From an uncultured Clostridia bacterium (GTDB lineage: Bacteria > Acidobacteriota > Aminicenantia > JBFLYD01 > JBBIMS01): 36,303 nucleotides of DNA. The notes under the pieces were generated by a model. That model was not told the DNA's origin. It saw only the letters and a list, made by a program, of their open reading frames with translations, and did not search any database. The position numbers and the translations under genes were made by a program. The DNA is taken from contig CAZFCI010000307.1 in assembly GCA_964517525.1 (NCBI GenBank), positions 1 to 36,303 on the forward strand, written 5' to 3'. The stretch's first letter is position 1, and every line of letters starts with the position of its first letter. Of this stretch, positions 15,549 to 25,216 are shown one piece after another.

Positions 15549-17057
15549 ATGATTCCAATATTAAAAATATTAATATTAACTCTCTATTTTTTGATTCTTT
15601 TGATTCTCTCTATTTACGGAATTCATAGATATATTCTTCTATATCTTTTTTTTAAGTACAAAAACAGGGGCAATTCCCCAAGAGGCTATTTCAGTGAAGA
15701 TAATCTACCCAAGGTAACAGTTCAGCTACCTATTTACAATGAGGTTTATGTGGTCGAAAGGCTTATAGATGCAGTTTGCAGATTGGATTATCCGAAGGAA
15801 AAACTTGAAATACAGGTTCTTGACGACTCCACGGATGAGACTAAGGATATTGCCATGGCTCAGGTAGAGAGATATAAAAATCAAGGCTTTAATATAAAAT
15901 ACTTTCACAGAGACTCAAGGAGAGGCTTTAAGGCAGGAGCTCTTCAGGAGGGTCTTTTAAAAGCAGAGGGAGACTTTATAGCCATATTTGATGCTGATTT
16001 TATTCCTAATCCTGATTTTATTAGAAGAACAATCCACTATTTCACAGATGAATCAATTGCCCTTGTCCAGGCAAGATGGGGGCATATTAATAGAGAGTTT
16101 TCCTTTCTCACAATGATCCAGTCCATCCTTCTTGATGGTCATTTCATTGTGGAGCATGTTGCAAGGAATAGATCAGGTAGATTCTTCAATTTTAATGGGA
16201 CTGCTGGTATATGGAGAAAGATTGCCATATTTCAATCAGGTGGTTGGGACGGTTCAACCCTCGCTGAGGATTTAGATCTTAGCTACAGAGCCCAGCTCCT
16301 TGGTTGGAAATTCGTATATTTGCCCGATTTCTCAGTCCCGGCAGAATTGCCTGTTGATATAAATGGTTTTAAAAACCAACAGCACAGATGGGCTAAGGGT
16401 TCTGTTCAAGCTGCCATAAAGCTTTTGCCTAAAATAATGAAGGCAAAGATTCCTTTAAAAATAAAACTTGAGGCATTCTTCCATTTAACAGGAAATTTTA
16501 CATTCCCTCTTATGATTCCTCTATCTCTCCTCGTTTTTCCAACAGTGATAATTAGAAAGGGGCTTGGTTTATACGACATGGTCATTGTTGATCTTCCTCT
16601 CTTCCTTTTTGCAACAGGTTCCTTTGCAATATTTTACGCTCTTGCCCAGAAGGAACTTTATACAGATTGGGATAAAAATATTAAATATATCCCCTTTGTT
16701 CTTTCTTTGGGAGTTGGACTTTCCATAAACAATACCATTGCAGTTTTAGAGGCTTTAGAGGGTAAAAAATCTGAATTTGTCAGAACTCCAAAATTCGGAA
16801 TTGAAGGAAAGAACCAATCTTGGATAGGAAAGAAATACAAGGGTAATAGAAGCTTTATCCCCTATCTTGAACTTGCAATGACAATTTATTTTGTTATTGT
16901 AATTATAGGAGCTTTTGTCGCTGAGATTTATATGACCATTCCCTTTCTTCTTATCTTCTTCTTTGGTTATGTATATCTTACCTATCTCTCTTTCTTCCAG
17001 AACAAAAAACTCCTTGAAGTTTACAACCTTGAACCTCAGAAAAGGATAAGATTTTAA
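15549..17057 (+). CDS. Processive GT2 glycosyltransferase (cellulose-synthase-like, CslA-type)
   Basis: VQLPIYNE, DDSTD, FKAGAL, FDADF, AEDLDLS, QQHRWAKG (D,D,D,QxxRW), FVRTPK; multiple TM helices. Confidence 0.92.
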   Translation: MIPILKILILTLYFLILLILSIYGIHRYILLYLFFKYKNRGNSPRGYFSEDNLPKVTVQLPIYNEVYVVERLIDAVCRLDYPKEKLEIQVLDDSTDETKDIAMAQVERYKNQGFNIKYFHRDSRRGFKAGALQEGLLKAEGDFIAIFDADFIPNPDFIRRTIHYFTDESIALVQARWGHINREFSFLTMIQSILLDGHFIVEHVARNRSGRFFNFNGTAGIWRKIAIFQSGGWDGSTLAEDLDLSYRAQLLGWKFVYLPDFSVPAELPVDINGFKNQQHRWAKGSVQAAIKLLPKIMKAKIPLKIKLEAFFHLTGNFTFPLMIPLSLLVFPTVIIRKGLGLYDMVIVDLPLFLFATGSFAIFYALAQKELYTDWDKNIKYIPFVLSLGVGLSINNTIAVLEALEGKKSEFVRTPKFGIEGKNQSWIGKKYKGNRSFIPYLELAMTIYFVIVIIGAFVAEIYMTIPFLLIFFFGYVYLTYLSFFQNKKLLEVYNLEPQKRIRF

Positions 17058-19360
17058 GGGGTAATTATAAGGATCTTCTTACCATAACTTTTTTCTTCCA
17101 TCGTTCTATACTCTCCTGAAACATAAAATTTTATCTGATCATCGTAGTTTTTACTGAAAGGATTTCCACTCTGTCCAGATGAATTTATAATAACCGATTT
17201 TGAGAAATCGGAAAAATCAATTATCATTCTAAAAGCAGAGGATGCAACTACTTTGAAGTCTTTTCCTCTTACAAAGGATGCGAGTTGCACACATGCCCTC
17301 CCTCCCTTCATGAAATATGGACCTCTATCAAAAAGATATTTCAAAATTGGAATTGAGCCAAATGGGTGTCTGTAGTAGATCAAATGGATTTCTTCCCAAT
17401 CTATATTATCCCTTCCCTTATATTCCTCTTTAAATTTATCGTAGGTATCCTCAAGGCTTTTCTCAACAATCTCTTCAAAACTTTCCCTTTTGTCTGTTCT
17501 CAAATCATCAATCCAGTAGTAAAAATCATCATCTTCATTTCCGTCAGGATAATTCATAATCTTGTATATCCAATTAGTTGAAATAAGCCATCTATGGTTT
17601 TCCTCTTTAAAATTGTCCTCAAAAATATTTCTGGATAGAAAGTATTCGAAATTGTAAAAGAGATAGGGAGGAAAACCTTTATCCATTTTAAAATCCCAAT
17701 TCTTTAATTTTTCGAAAACAAAATTTGCTTTTTCAGATTTAAAATTCATATTTCTCATCTTATTTATCAAGAATTCAGCTCCTTTGTATAATGTATCTGT
17801 TTGAATATTTTTCATATCTTCAAGGGTTAACTTTGACTTTCTTTTTATAAGCTCTTCAATCCTTTCGGCTCTGAAGTCGGGCATCCAGTCCATAGCAAAA
17901 ATTGGAATTTCACCTTCTGGAAGAACTGGATTGTTGGCTGTAACTATAAATCCCCTTTCTGGATTTAAAAGGTATGGTTTTTTATTCTCATCCCAGAAAC
18001 CTTTCCAAAGATCAGTTTCCCCTTCAGCTGGAACAGGTAAAGAACCATCTCCCTTACTTCTAATTGGAATAAGACCTGTTGGGAAATAGCCTATGTTCCC
18101 ATGCCTATCAGCAAAAACTACATTCTGGGCAGGAGCACTAAATTTCTTCAAGGCTGATAAAAACTCTTCATAGTTCTTTGATAGATTCATTTCGAAGATT
18201 GCCTCCATTGTCTTTGAAGGATAGTCACTAACAGACTGGATAAGCAAGTAAAGGTTTTCGAACTTTCTAATCTTTCCAAATTCTGTTACTTTCACTTCAA
18301 CCTCTCTTTCACCTCCACCCTTAATCTTTACAACTTTCTTTAATTTCTTAAAATCTCTCCATTCTCCGTTCCAGAAATATTTATTTTCATTCTCAGGATT
18401 TACTTTTAGAATGTAATAGTCTATTACATCAGACTCTACATTGGTAAAACCCCATCCAATATTTTTATTTCTTCCAATCACTATAAGGGGTGTTCCTGGT
18501 AATGTGTTTCCGCAAAGTTCTAAATCAGGAGTTTCTGCATAAATCTGATAAAAATAAGATGGGAACATTAACCCTAAATGAGGATCGTTTGCAAGGTATG
18601 GAAACCCAGTATATGTTAATCTTCCTGAAATAACCCAATTGTTACTACCAATTCCTTCCTCATTTTTTGGAAGGAATTCATCTGCAAGAATTTCTCCTTT
18701 CATGCTATTGTATTCTTCTTCTTTAATTATGCTTGTCCCATAATTCCCATAAATGAGCTTTTTTGCTCTTTCAAAACCAATTGCATTTACAACTTGATAG
18801 TTGTAAAGCTCAGAACCATCTCTGCAAAGAATCCCCTCCATGATTTTTAAGATTGAGACAGAATCCTCAATCTTCCATTTTTCAGGTCTATAATTCAAAA
18901 ATTTAAATTCAATAGGAAGATTCTGGGTCTCAATAAAATAATTTATTCCATCGGAATAATGCCTTAGCATTTCTTTTATTTTTGGATTTGCTTCCTTCAA
19001 TGTTCTCTCAATACTTTCCTCTATGAGCATCTCCTTTTGCCTTAGATCGGAGTTAACTGTCATCTTTCCAAAAATCTCTGAAAGTCTTCCTTGAGCCATC
19101 CTCCTCGAAAGCTCCATTTGGTAGAGTCTGTCCTGAGCATGGACAAAACCTATGGCAAAGAATAGATCCTCAATATTCTCTGCTCTAATGAAAGGGACAC
19201 CCCATCTATTCCTTTTAATCTCAACCTTAGAAACAATTTTGTCACTCTTCAAAATTCCATGGGTTTTTGGAAGGGTTGTTCTTAGCCAGATAAAAAGTAA
19301 GAGGGAGAAGGCAATGAGGATAAAAACTATAAATATCAAAACTTTTTTAAAGAACTTCAT
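17054..19360 (-). CDS. Penicillin acylase family Ntn-hydrolase (peptidase S45)
   Basis: WGVPFI, GFVHAQDRLYQM, GSNNW nucleophile, ANDPHL, TANN, GQSGNP. Start at ATG 19360 behind AAGGAG. Confidence 0.93.
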   Translation of the reverse strand: MKFFKKVLIFIVFILIAFSLLLFIWLRTTLPKTHGILKSDKIVSKVEIKRNRWGVPFIRAENIEDLFFAIGFVHAQDRLYQMELSRRMAQGRLSEIFGKMTVNSDLRQKEMLIEESIERTLKEANPKIKEMLRHYSDGINYFIETQNLPIEFKFLNYRPEKWKIEDSVSILKIMEGILCRDGSELYNYQVVNAIGFERAKKLIYGNYGTSIIKEEEYNSMKGEILADEFLPKNEEGIGSNNWVISGRLTYTGFPYLANDPHLGLMFPSYFYQIYAETPDLELCGNTLPGTPLIVIGRNKNIGWGFTNVESDVIDYYILKVNPENENKYFWNGEWRDFKKLKKVVKIKGGGEREVEVKVTEFGKIRKFENLYLLIQSVSDYPSKTMEAIFEMNLSKNYEEFLSALKKFSAPAQNVVFADRHGNIGYFPTGLIPIRSKGDGSLPVPAEGETDLWKGFWDENKKPYLLNPERGFIVTANNPVLPEGEIPIFAMDWMPDFRAERIEELIKRKSKLTLEDMKNIQTDTLYKGAEFLINKMRNMNFKSEKANFVFEKLKNWDFKMDKGFPPYLFYNFEYFLSRNIFEDNFKEENHRWLISTNWIYKIMNYPDGNEDDDFYYWIDDLRTDKRESFEEIVEKSLEDTYDKFKEEYKGRDNIDWEEIHLIYYRHPFGSIPILKYLFDRGPYFMKGGRACVQLASFVRGKDFKVVASSAFRMIIDFSDFSKSVIINSSGQSGNPFSKNYDDQIKFYVSGEYRTMEEKSYGKKILIITP

Positions 19361-19430
19361 TTTTACTCCTTTCCAAAAACATTTAAGATTTATATTAACC
19401 AAAAATTCAATTTACCACAACCATAAGAAC

Positions 19431-19459
19431 TTGACACATATGTTTTAAAATTTTAAACT
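19431..19459 (+). promoter_or_regulatory. Sigma70-like promoter for the cytochrome-porin pair
   Basis: TTGACA (19431-19436)-17 nt-TAAACT (19454-19459), then an AAGGAGG RBS. Confidence 0.65.
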
Positions 19460-19480
19460 TATAAACTTAAGGAGGTTTAT

Positions 19481-20416
19481 ATGGGAAAAGGTTTCTTTAG
19501 AATCTTGAATGCCTTTATTGCCCCCCTCCTTTCTATACTAATCCCAATTTCCCTCTTCTCCTTCCCGACACAACCAGGGAATGAGACCTGTGGAGAGTGC
19601 CATTCAGAAATTTTCAAGTCCTTTGAGATGAATGTCCACGGAAGACTTCAGAGTTTTGAAGTAAAAGGGATAAGGGGGTGCGAATCCTGCCATGGTTCAG
19701 GAAAAGAACATGTGGAGTCAGGGGATCCTGAAAAAATATTAAGTTTTAAGAAACTCTCTCCTGAAGAGTCTTCAAAGGTCTGTCTCAGATGCCACATTAC
19801 AGGTAATTTATCTGGGTGGAATCTATCCGCCCATTCATCAAGTGAAGTTGGTTGTAACCAGTGCCATTCAATTCATGGGAAAAGGAGCCTTGTAAAATCT
19901 GAACCTCAGCTCTGCCTCGATTGTCACAAAGAAATAAAGGCTAAGATTTACTATCCTTCCCATCATCCTTTAAGGGAAGGGAAGATCAAATGTAGTGACT
20001 GCCATCAGCATCACGGCTCTTTAGTGAAAAATCTAAAAACCTCTGATAGGACAAACGATCTCTGTTTCAACTGCCATGCAGATAAGCAAGGACCATTCAT
20101 ATTTGAGCATGCTCCTGTTGTTGAAAATTGTGGAATATGCCATGAGCCCCATGGAACTGTTGCCAATAATCTCCTCAAGCAGAACGAGCCTTTCCTATGC
20201 TTCCAGTGCCATGAAGTTCACAAACACGCAGGAAGAGAGGGGCTGACATATCCTTACACAATTCCAGCAACTAAAGAGACATCTTCAAACCCTTACGGGA
20301 AAGCAGGTTGGAGGGTTGCTTTTCTTACAAAATGCACTCAATGCCACTTCAGGATTCACGGGACTGATAATCCTTCCCAAACCGTAACTGGTGGAGGGAA
20401 GGGATTGATTCGATAA
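19481..20416 (+). CDS. Periplasmic decaheme c-type cytochrome, MtrA/DmsE family
   Basis: Signal peptide and ten CxxCH motifs (counted); family-typical SHHPLREG, KQGPFIFEHAPV, HGT..NNLL. Confidence 0.93.
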   Translation: MGKGFFRILNAFIAPLLSILIPISLFSFPTQPGNETCGECHSEIFKSFEMNVHGRLQSFEVKGIRGCESCHGSGKEHVESGDPEKILSFKKLSPEESSKVCLRCHITGNLSGWNLSAHSSSEVGCNQCHSIHGKRSLVKSEPQLCLDCHKEIKAKIYYPSHHPLREGKIKCSDCHQHHGSLVKNLKTSDRTNDLCFNCHADKQGPFIFEHAPVVENCGICHEPHGTVANNLLKQNEPFLCFQCHEVHKHAGREGLTYPYTIPATKETSSNPYGKAGWRVAFLTKCTQCHFRIHGTDNPSQTVTGGGKGLIR

Positions 20417-20426
20417 GGAGGAACCA

Positions 20427-22565
20427 ATGAAAGGAAAAGTCTTATTAATTTTATTATTTTTAATACTCATTCCATTTCTATTTTCAGAGGAAAAGAAAAA
20501 ACCTGAGGTTCAAGTTTCCCTTGGAACAAAGGTAAACAGTATTGAAAATTATCCTGGAAAGATCGGAGAGTTCGAGCCTCTTAATAAAGGTTTATCCCCT
20601 GTTGTCTCTGCTCAGATTTCCGGCTCATCGGGAAAATTATTTTATGGGCTCGAATCAATTATAAACGAGAACATGAAAGATCAGAGGCACGAACTAATTT
20701 TAGATTTTGGAAGAATCTTCGAGGAGAATCTTCAATTCAACTCCCTTCCCCACAGGCTTGACCATGATCCCCTTAAAAATCTCGATGTTACTTCCCTTGC
20801 AAGATCTGGTGTCTTCCACACTGATTTTGACCCAACAAAGGAATACAGAATTAACAGAAAGGAACTTATAAGTAAAAGTGTCCTCAGAATCCCTTCCATT
20901 CCCTTTGCCCACTTCTATGTAAACTACAGAGACGAAAGAAGGGAGGGTGAGTATCAGGCAAGGACATTGAGCAAATGCGCTACCTGCCACATAGTTGCAA
21001 AATCAAGACCAGTTGACAATTTCAACAGGAGTGCTCAGTTTGGAGGACATTTAAAGGTTTGGAAAGGTAGCATCGACTATTCCTATACAAAAACAGATTT
21101 TAAAGAGAGGGGTGAAACACCGACGAATGTTTATCTCCCTGCTCTTCATCCATACCTTGTTGTTGACAACTTCACAAGTAGAATTCAATACGATGCTGAC
21201 AATGGACCTATTCCCTTTGACCAGGTTCCTGATACGAGAAAGGGTACCCATATTGTAAAAGGAAACTTTTCTGCTTCAGAATCAACAACCTTTATCGCCA
21301 ATTATGTGAATTCAAAAATTGAAAATCTCTTCACAAATTTGAGCAGTAGAGCTGATGCCTTTGCTGGAGGCTTTTCAACTAAAATTGGTAAAAATATCTA
21401 CTTAAATGCAAAGTTAAATTATAGAAATATTGAAAGTGACTCAATTTTTGTTGATGTGGTGGAGTTAAGGGATAATGCTGGTCCCAATAAAGGTAAAACC
21501 TATGCTGAAGCTTATCCAGATTTTGGAAGTCCTGATTATCTAAGGAAATCTTCCCTTTCAAGGGAAGTATGGGAGTTTAGTGCCAATGCAAGATTCAAAG
21601 TTTCGAAGAAGTTGGGTTTAAGGGCAGGATATGAATATGAAAAGATTGACAGGAATAATTTTGAGGTTTCAGTTACAGAAAGCAATACCTTAAAGGGAGA
21701 AATTGAATACAAACCCTTGAAAAATCTTGATTTTAAATTGCATACAACTTATACAAAGGTTTCCAATCCCTTTGCCAATCTTTTTGCAGCAATTTCGCCT
21801 GCTGTTCAGTTATATGCTGTTGCAGATCCCTTTAAAGGACTCCAATTCTATCACTACCACAGATTGAGACAGGCTCATCTTTCAAGCTTACCAGCTAAAA
21901 TATTTGAAGGAAGAGGATTCCTTAGTTGGTCCCCTACTCAACGATTCTCAATTTCAGGTAGCATGAATGTAAGGGATGAAAAGAATAATTTGAATTACTC
22001 TGAATGGATGAGAAAAAGTGGTCTCTACAATATTAACATTTGGTTAGCTCCAGCGGATAGGCTTAATCTAACTCTATCTTATAATTACCACAATGAAGCC
22101 CTTCAAACTCTTTTTGCAATTCCTGCTGCAGAAGGATGTGGGGGTGGAATAATTGGTGGTCACACTGGAAGTCTCTACGACCCTGTTGATTATAATATAA
22201 AAATCAACACTGCTTTCCTTACAGTAAACTATATTCTTTCTGAAAAACTAAATCTTTATACAAATATTTCCTATAATTCATCCTTTGCAAAGCTATCTGA
22301 TCTTTCCCTTGATACAAGTCAGGTTCCATATATACCAGCTCTTCCTCCTGCTCCTTTCAACTACGATTTCTCTGATGTCCCTGATTACTCAGATCTAAAA
22401 GTTAATCAGTTCCTTGGTGAGATAGGATTTCTGTTCGAAATTTCAAAAACCTGGTCTCTTAAAGGTTCTTTCCTCTATCATCCCTATAAAGACCTTGCTC
22501 CATATCTTTTCGATACCGAGGGCAAAGCCTATTCCATCTTCTTTGGCTTCATCTGGAATCTTTAA
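20427..22565 (+). CDS. Decaheme-associated outer-membrane beta-barrel (MtrB/PioB-like) with one CxxCH
   Basis: Signal peptide, amphipathic beta-strand pattern, aromatic C-terminus (FFGFIWNL), SKCATCH; directly downstream of the decaheme gene. Confidence 0.8.
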   Translation: MKGKVLLILLFLILIPFLFSEEKKKPEVQVSLGTKVNSIENYPGKIGEFEPLNKGLSPVVSAQISGSSGKLFYGLESIINENMKDQRHELILDFGRIFEENLQFNSLPHRLDHDPLKNLDVTSLARSGVFHTDFDPTKEYRINRKELISKSVLRIPSIPFAHFYVNYRDERREGEYQARTLSKCATCHIVAKSRPVDNFNRSAQFGGHLKVWKGSIDYSYTKTDFKERGETPTNVYLPALHPYLVVDNFTSRIQYDADNGPIPFDQVPDTRKGTHIVKGNFSASESTTFIANYVNSKIENLFTNLSSRADAFAGGFSTKIGKNIYLNAKLNYRNIESDSIFVDVVELRDNAGPNKGKTYAEAYPDFGSPDYLRKSSLSREVWEFSANARFKVSKKLGLRAGYEYEKIDRNNFEVSVTESNTLKGEIEYKPLKNLDFKLHTTYTKVSNPFANLFAAISPAVQLYAVADPFKGLQFYHYHRLRQAHLSSLPAKIFEGRGFLSWSPTQRFSISGSMNVRDEKNNLNYSEWMRKSGLYNINIWLAPADRLNLTLSYNYHNEALQTLFAIPAAEGCGGGIIGGHTGSLYDPVDYNIKINTAFLTVNYILSEKLNLYTNISYNSSFAKLSDLSLDTSQVPYIPALPPAPFNYDFSDVPDYSDLKVNQFLGEIGFLFEISKTWSLKGSFLYHPYKDLAPYLFDTEGKAYSIFFGFIWNL

Positions 22566-22575
22566 GATTATTTAG

Positions 22576-22604
22576 GAAGGGGAGGTAGAATAAACCTCCC
22601 CTTC
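22576..22604 (+). terminator. Stem-loop after the porin gene
   Basis: GAAGGGGAGGT/ACCTCCCCTTC 11-bp stem with a 7-nt loop; no clear U-tract follows. Confidence 0.6.
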
Positions 22605-22660
22605 TCATCAAAATATACAAGATAAATTCTCTTCTATTCGTGATATTTAACAATCAAAGT

Positions 22661-22689
22661 TTGACAAATTGAACTACTTCTTAGATAAT
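22661..22689 (+). promoter_or_regulatory. Sigma70-like promoter for the oxidoreductase operon
   Basis: TTGACA (22661-22666)-17 nt-GATAAT (22684-22689). Confidence 0.6.
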
Positions 22690-22789
22690 ATATTATTATA
22701 AAGTTTTTATTCTGGTGTTTAATGGGACTAATAACTGATATAGAATTCATAAAAATTTCAAATAAACCCATTATTTTTAAGGAGGTTCA

Positions 22790-23260
22790 ATGGGATTGGA
22801 CTATTCTCAGATAGTAAATGGAATAATAGAAAAATATAATGGGAGAAAAGAGGCTATTATTCCCATTCTGCAGGATGTTCAGAGCGAGCTCCGATGGCTT
22901 CCTCCTGAAGCTATATCATTGATCTCTAAAAGATTAAAAATTTCTGAGAGCAATATCTACAGTATAGCCACCTTTTACAAGTCTTTTTATTTAAAGCCAA
23001 GGGGAGAACATGTTGTAACAGTATGCATGGGAACCGCATGCCATGTTAGAGGAGCTCCTAAGATTCTTGAAGAATTCGAGAGAAAATTAAACATAAAAGA
23101 GGGAGAAACAACAAAAGACCATAAAGTCACCCTTGAATGTGTTAACTGTGTTGGTGCGTGTGCTCTTGGTCCTATTGTAATTGTAAATGAAGAATATCAT
23201 GGCCAGATGACAAAGGTAAAGGTTGAAAATATTCTTGAAAATATTTTGAAGAAGGGGTGA
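22790..23260 (+). CDS. NuoE/HydC-like [2Fe-2S] subunit (BfuC)
   Basis: IATFY, CMGTACHVRGA, CVGACALGP. Confidence 0.92.
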   Translation: MGLDYSQIVNGIIEKYNGRKEAIIPILQDVQSELRWLPPEAISLISKRLKISESNIYSIATFYKSFYLKPRGEHVVTVCMGTACHVRGAPKILEEFERKLNIKEGETTKDHKVTLECVNCVGACALGPIVIVNEEYHGQMTKVKVENILENILKKG

Positions 23261-23263
23261 AAG

Positions 23264-25216
23264 ATGCCAAGGATAGAGAATTTTGAGGAATTAGAAAGGG
23301 CGAGGAAAGAAATTCTGGAGAAAAGAGTTTCTGAGAAAGTTACTATAACAATATGTAATGGAACAGGTTGTCAGGCTTACGGATGTAAAAAGCTCACCGA
23401 TAGCTTTCTTACAAAAATTAATCAGAATGGGCTCAGGGATAAGGTTGATGTGAGAAAGACTGGTTGTCATGGCTTCTGTGAAAGAGGACCAATTGTTGTT
23501 ATTCAACCTTATGGGATTTTCTATCAGAGAGTGAAGACAGAAGACATTGATGAAATACTTAAAGAGACTATAGAGAATAAACGAGTTGTAGAACGTCTTT
23601 TATACGAGAATCCAATTACAAAAGAGAAAATAGAAAAAGAGAAGGAAGTCCCTTTTTATAAAAGACAATTGAGAATTGTTTTCGGGAAAAATGGTTTAAT
23701 AGATCCAACAAACATTGAGGACTATATTGCCATAGGAGGTTATGAAGCCTTGGCAAAGGTTTTAAGGGAAATGAAAGAGGAAGAGGTAATTGAAGAGATC
23801 AAAAATGCAGGTCTTAGAGGTAGAGGAGGAGCTGGATTCCCAACAGGTTTAAAATGGGAAATTGCAAGAAAGTCTGTTCAATCCCATCCTTTAAAAATTG
23901 GATATATTGTTTGTAACTGCGATGAGGGTGACCCTGGTGCTTATATGGACAGGAGCCTTCTTGAAGGTAACCCCCACTTAGTCATAGAAGGAATGGCAAT
24001 AGGAGCTTATGCAATAGGAGTAAAAGAGGGTTATATCTATGTTAGAAATGAGTATCCATTGGCAGTGAAAAATGCGACAATTGCTATAGAACAGGCTAAG
24101 GAATGGGGCTTGCTTGGGAAAAATATAATGGGAAGTGGATTTGAGTTCGACATTAAAATAGTTAGAGGGGCTGGAGCCTTTGTAAGTGGTGAGGAAACAG
24201 CCCTTATTGCTTCCATAGAAGGAAGGAGAGCATCGCCAAGACCAAGACCTCCTTACCCAGCTCAACAAGGACTCTGGGAAAAACCTACCAATATAAACAA
24301 TGTTGAGACATGGGCTAATGTTCCTATCATTATTTCCAATAGTTCTGAATGGTATCGAAGCATAGGAACAGAAACATCGAAAGGAACAAAGATTTTCTCC
24401 CTTGTCGGTAAGATAAATAATACAGGGCTTGTTGAAGTTCCTATGGGAATTACACTGAGGGAAATTATATTCGATATAGGGGGTGGGATTCCTGGTGGTA
24501 AAGAATTCAAAGCGGTTCAAACTGGAGGACCATCTGGCGGTTGTATTCCAAAAGAATTTTTAGACCTCCCTATTGATTTTGAGAAATTGACCTCAGTTGG
24601 TTCAATGATGGGTTCTGGTGGAATGATTGTTATGGATGAGGATACCTGTATGGTGGATGTGGCAAAATACTTTCTAAATTTCACTCAGGAGGAGTCCTGC
24701 GGAAAATGCGTTCCTTGCAGAGTTGGAACAAGACAGATGAAGGAGATACTGACAAAAATCACAGAAGGTAAAGGAACAATGAAAGACCTTGAGACTCTTG
24801 AAACTTTAGCCTACACAGTCAAGAATGCCTCCCTTTGCGGTCTCGGTCAGACAGCTCCAAATCCTGTTCTAACAACCCTAAAATATTTCCGCCATGAATA
24901 CGAAGCCCACATACTTGAGAAAAGATGTCCTGCCCTTGTATGCAAAGAACTTATAAACTACTATATTGATCCTGATAAATGTGTTGGATGTCTTCTCTGC
25001 CTTAAAAATTGTCCTTCCAATGCAATTCTCGGTGGTAATAAGATGATTCATGTCATTGTGCAGGAAAAATGTATAAAATGCGGAGCCTGTCTTGAAGTCT
25101 GTCCCAAAAAAGTTTCTGCTGTAATTAAACTCTCCGGTGAAAAGAGGGAAGGACCAAAGGAGCCTATCCCTGTTCAGGAATGGAGAAAAATGAGAGGAAA
25201 GGAGAGTGAAAAATGA
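23264..25216 (+). CDS. NuoF/HydB-like FMN/NAD-binding Fe-S subunit (BfuB)
   Basis: N-terminal thioredoxin-like [2Fe-2S] domain, GLRGRGGAGFPTG, CDEGDPGAYMDR, GEETAL, GGPSGG, ESCGKCVPCR and a C-terminal 2x[4Fe-4S] domain. Confidence 0.93.
   Translation: MPRIENFEELERARKEILEKRVSEKVTITICNGTGCQAYGCKKLTDSFLTKINQNGLRDKVDVRKTGCHGFCERGPIVVIQPYGIFYQRVKTEDIDEILKETIENKRVVERLLYENPITKEKIEKEKEVPFYKRQLRIVFGKNGLIDPTNIEDYIAIGGYEALAKVLREMKEEEVIEEIKNAGLRGRGGAGFPTGLKWEIARKSVQSHPLKIGYIVCNCDEGDPGAYMDRSLLEGNPHLVIEGMAIGAYAIGVKEGYIYVRNEYPLAVKNATIAIEQAKEWGLLGKNIMGSGFEFDIKIVRGAGAFVSGEETALIASIEGRRASPRPRPPYPAQQGLWEKPTNINNVETWANVPIIISNSSEWYRSIGTETSKGTKIFSLVGKINNTGLVEVPMGITLREIIFDIGGGIPGGKEFKAVQTGGPSGGCIPKEFLDLPIDFEKLTSVGSMMGSGGMIVMDEDTCMVDVAKYFLNFTQEESCGKCVPCRVGTRQMKEILTKITEGKGTMKDLETLETLAYTVKNASLCGLGQTAPNPVLTTLKYFRHEYEAHILEKRCPALVCKELINYYIDPDKCVGCLLCLKNCPSNAILGGNKMIHVIVQEKCIKCGACLEVCPKKVSAVIKLSGEKREGPKEPIPVQEWRKMRGKESEK

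Noticed and set aside
17054-17057. Convergent genes sharing TTAA stop codons
   Set aside because: Common in compact AT-rich genomes; no further signal.
22638-22653. Possible Rex or CRP operator (TCGTGATATTTAACAA) before the redox operon
   Set aside because: Half-site spacing is 2 nt short of the Rex/CRP consensus and there are mismatches; not supportable.
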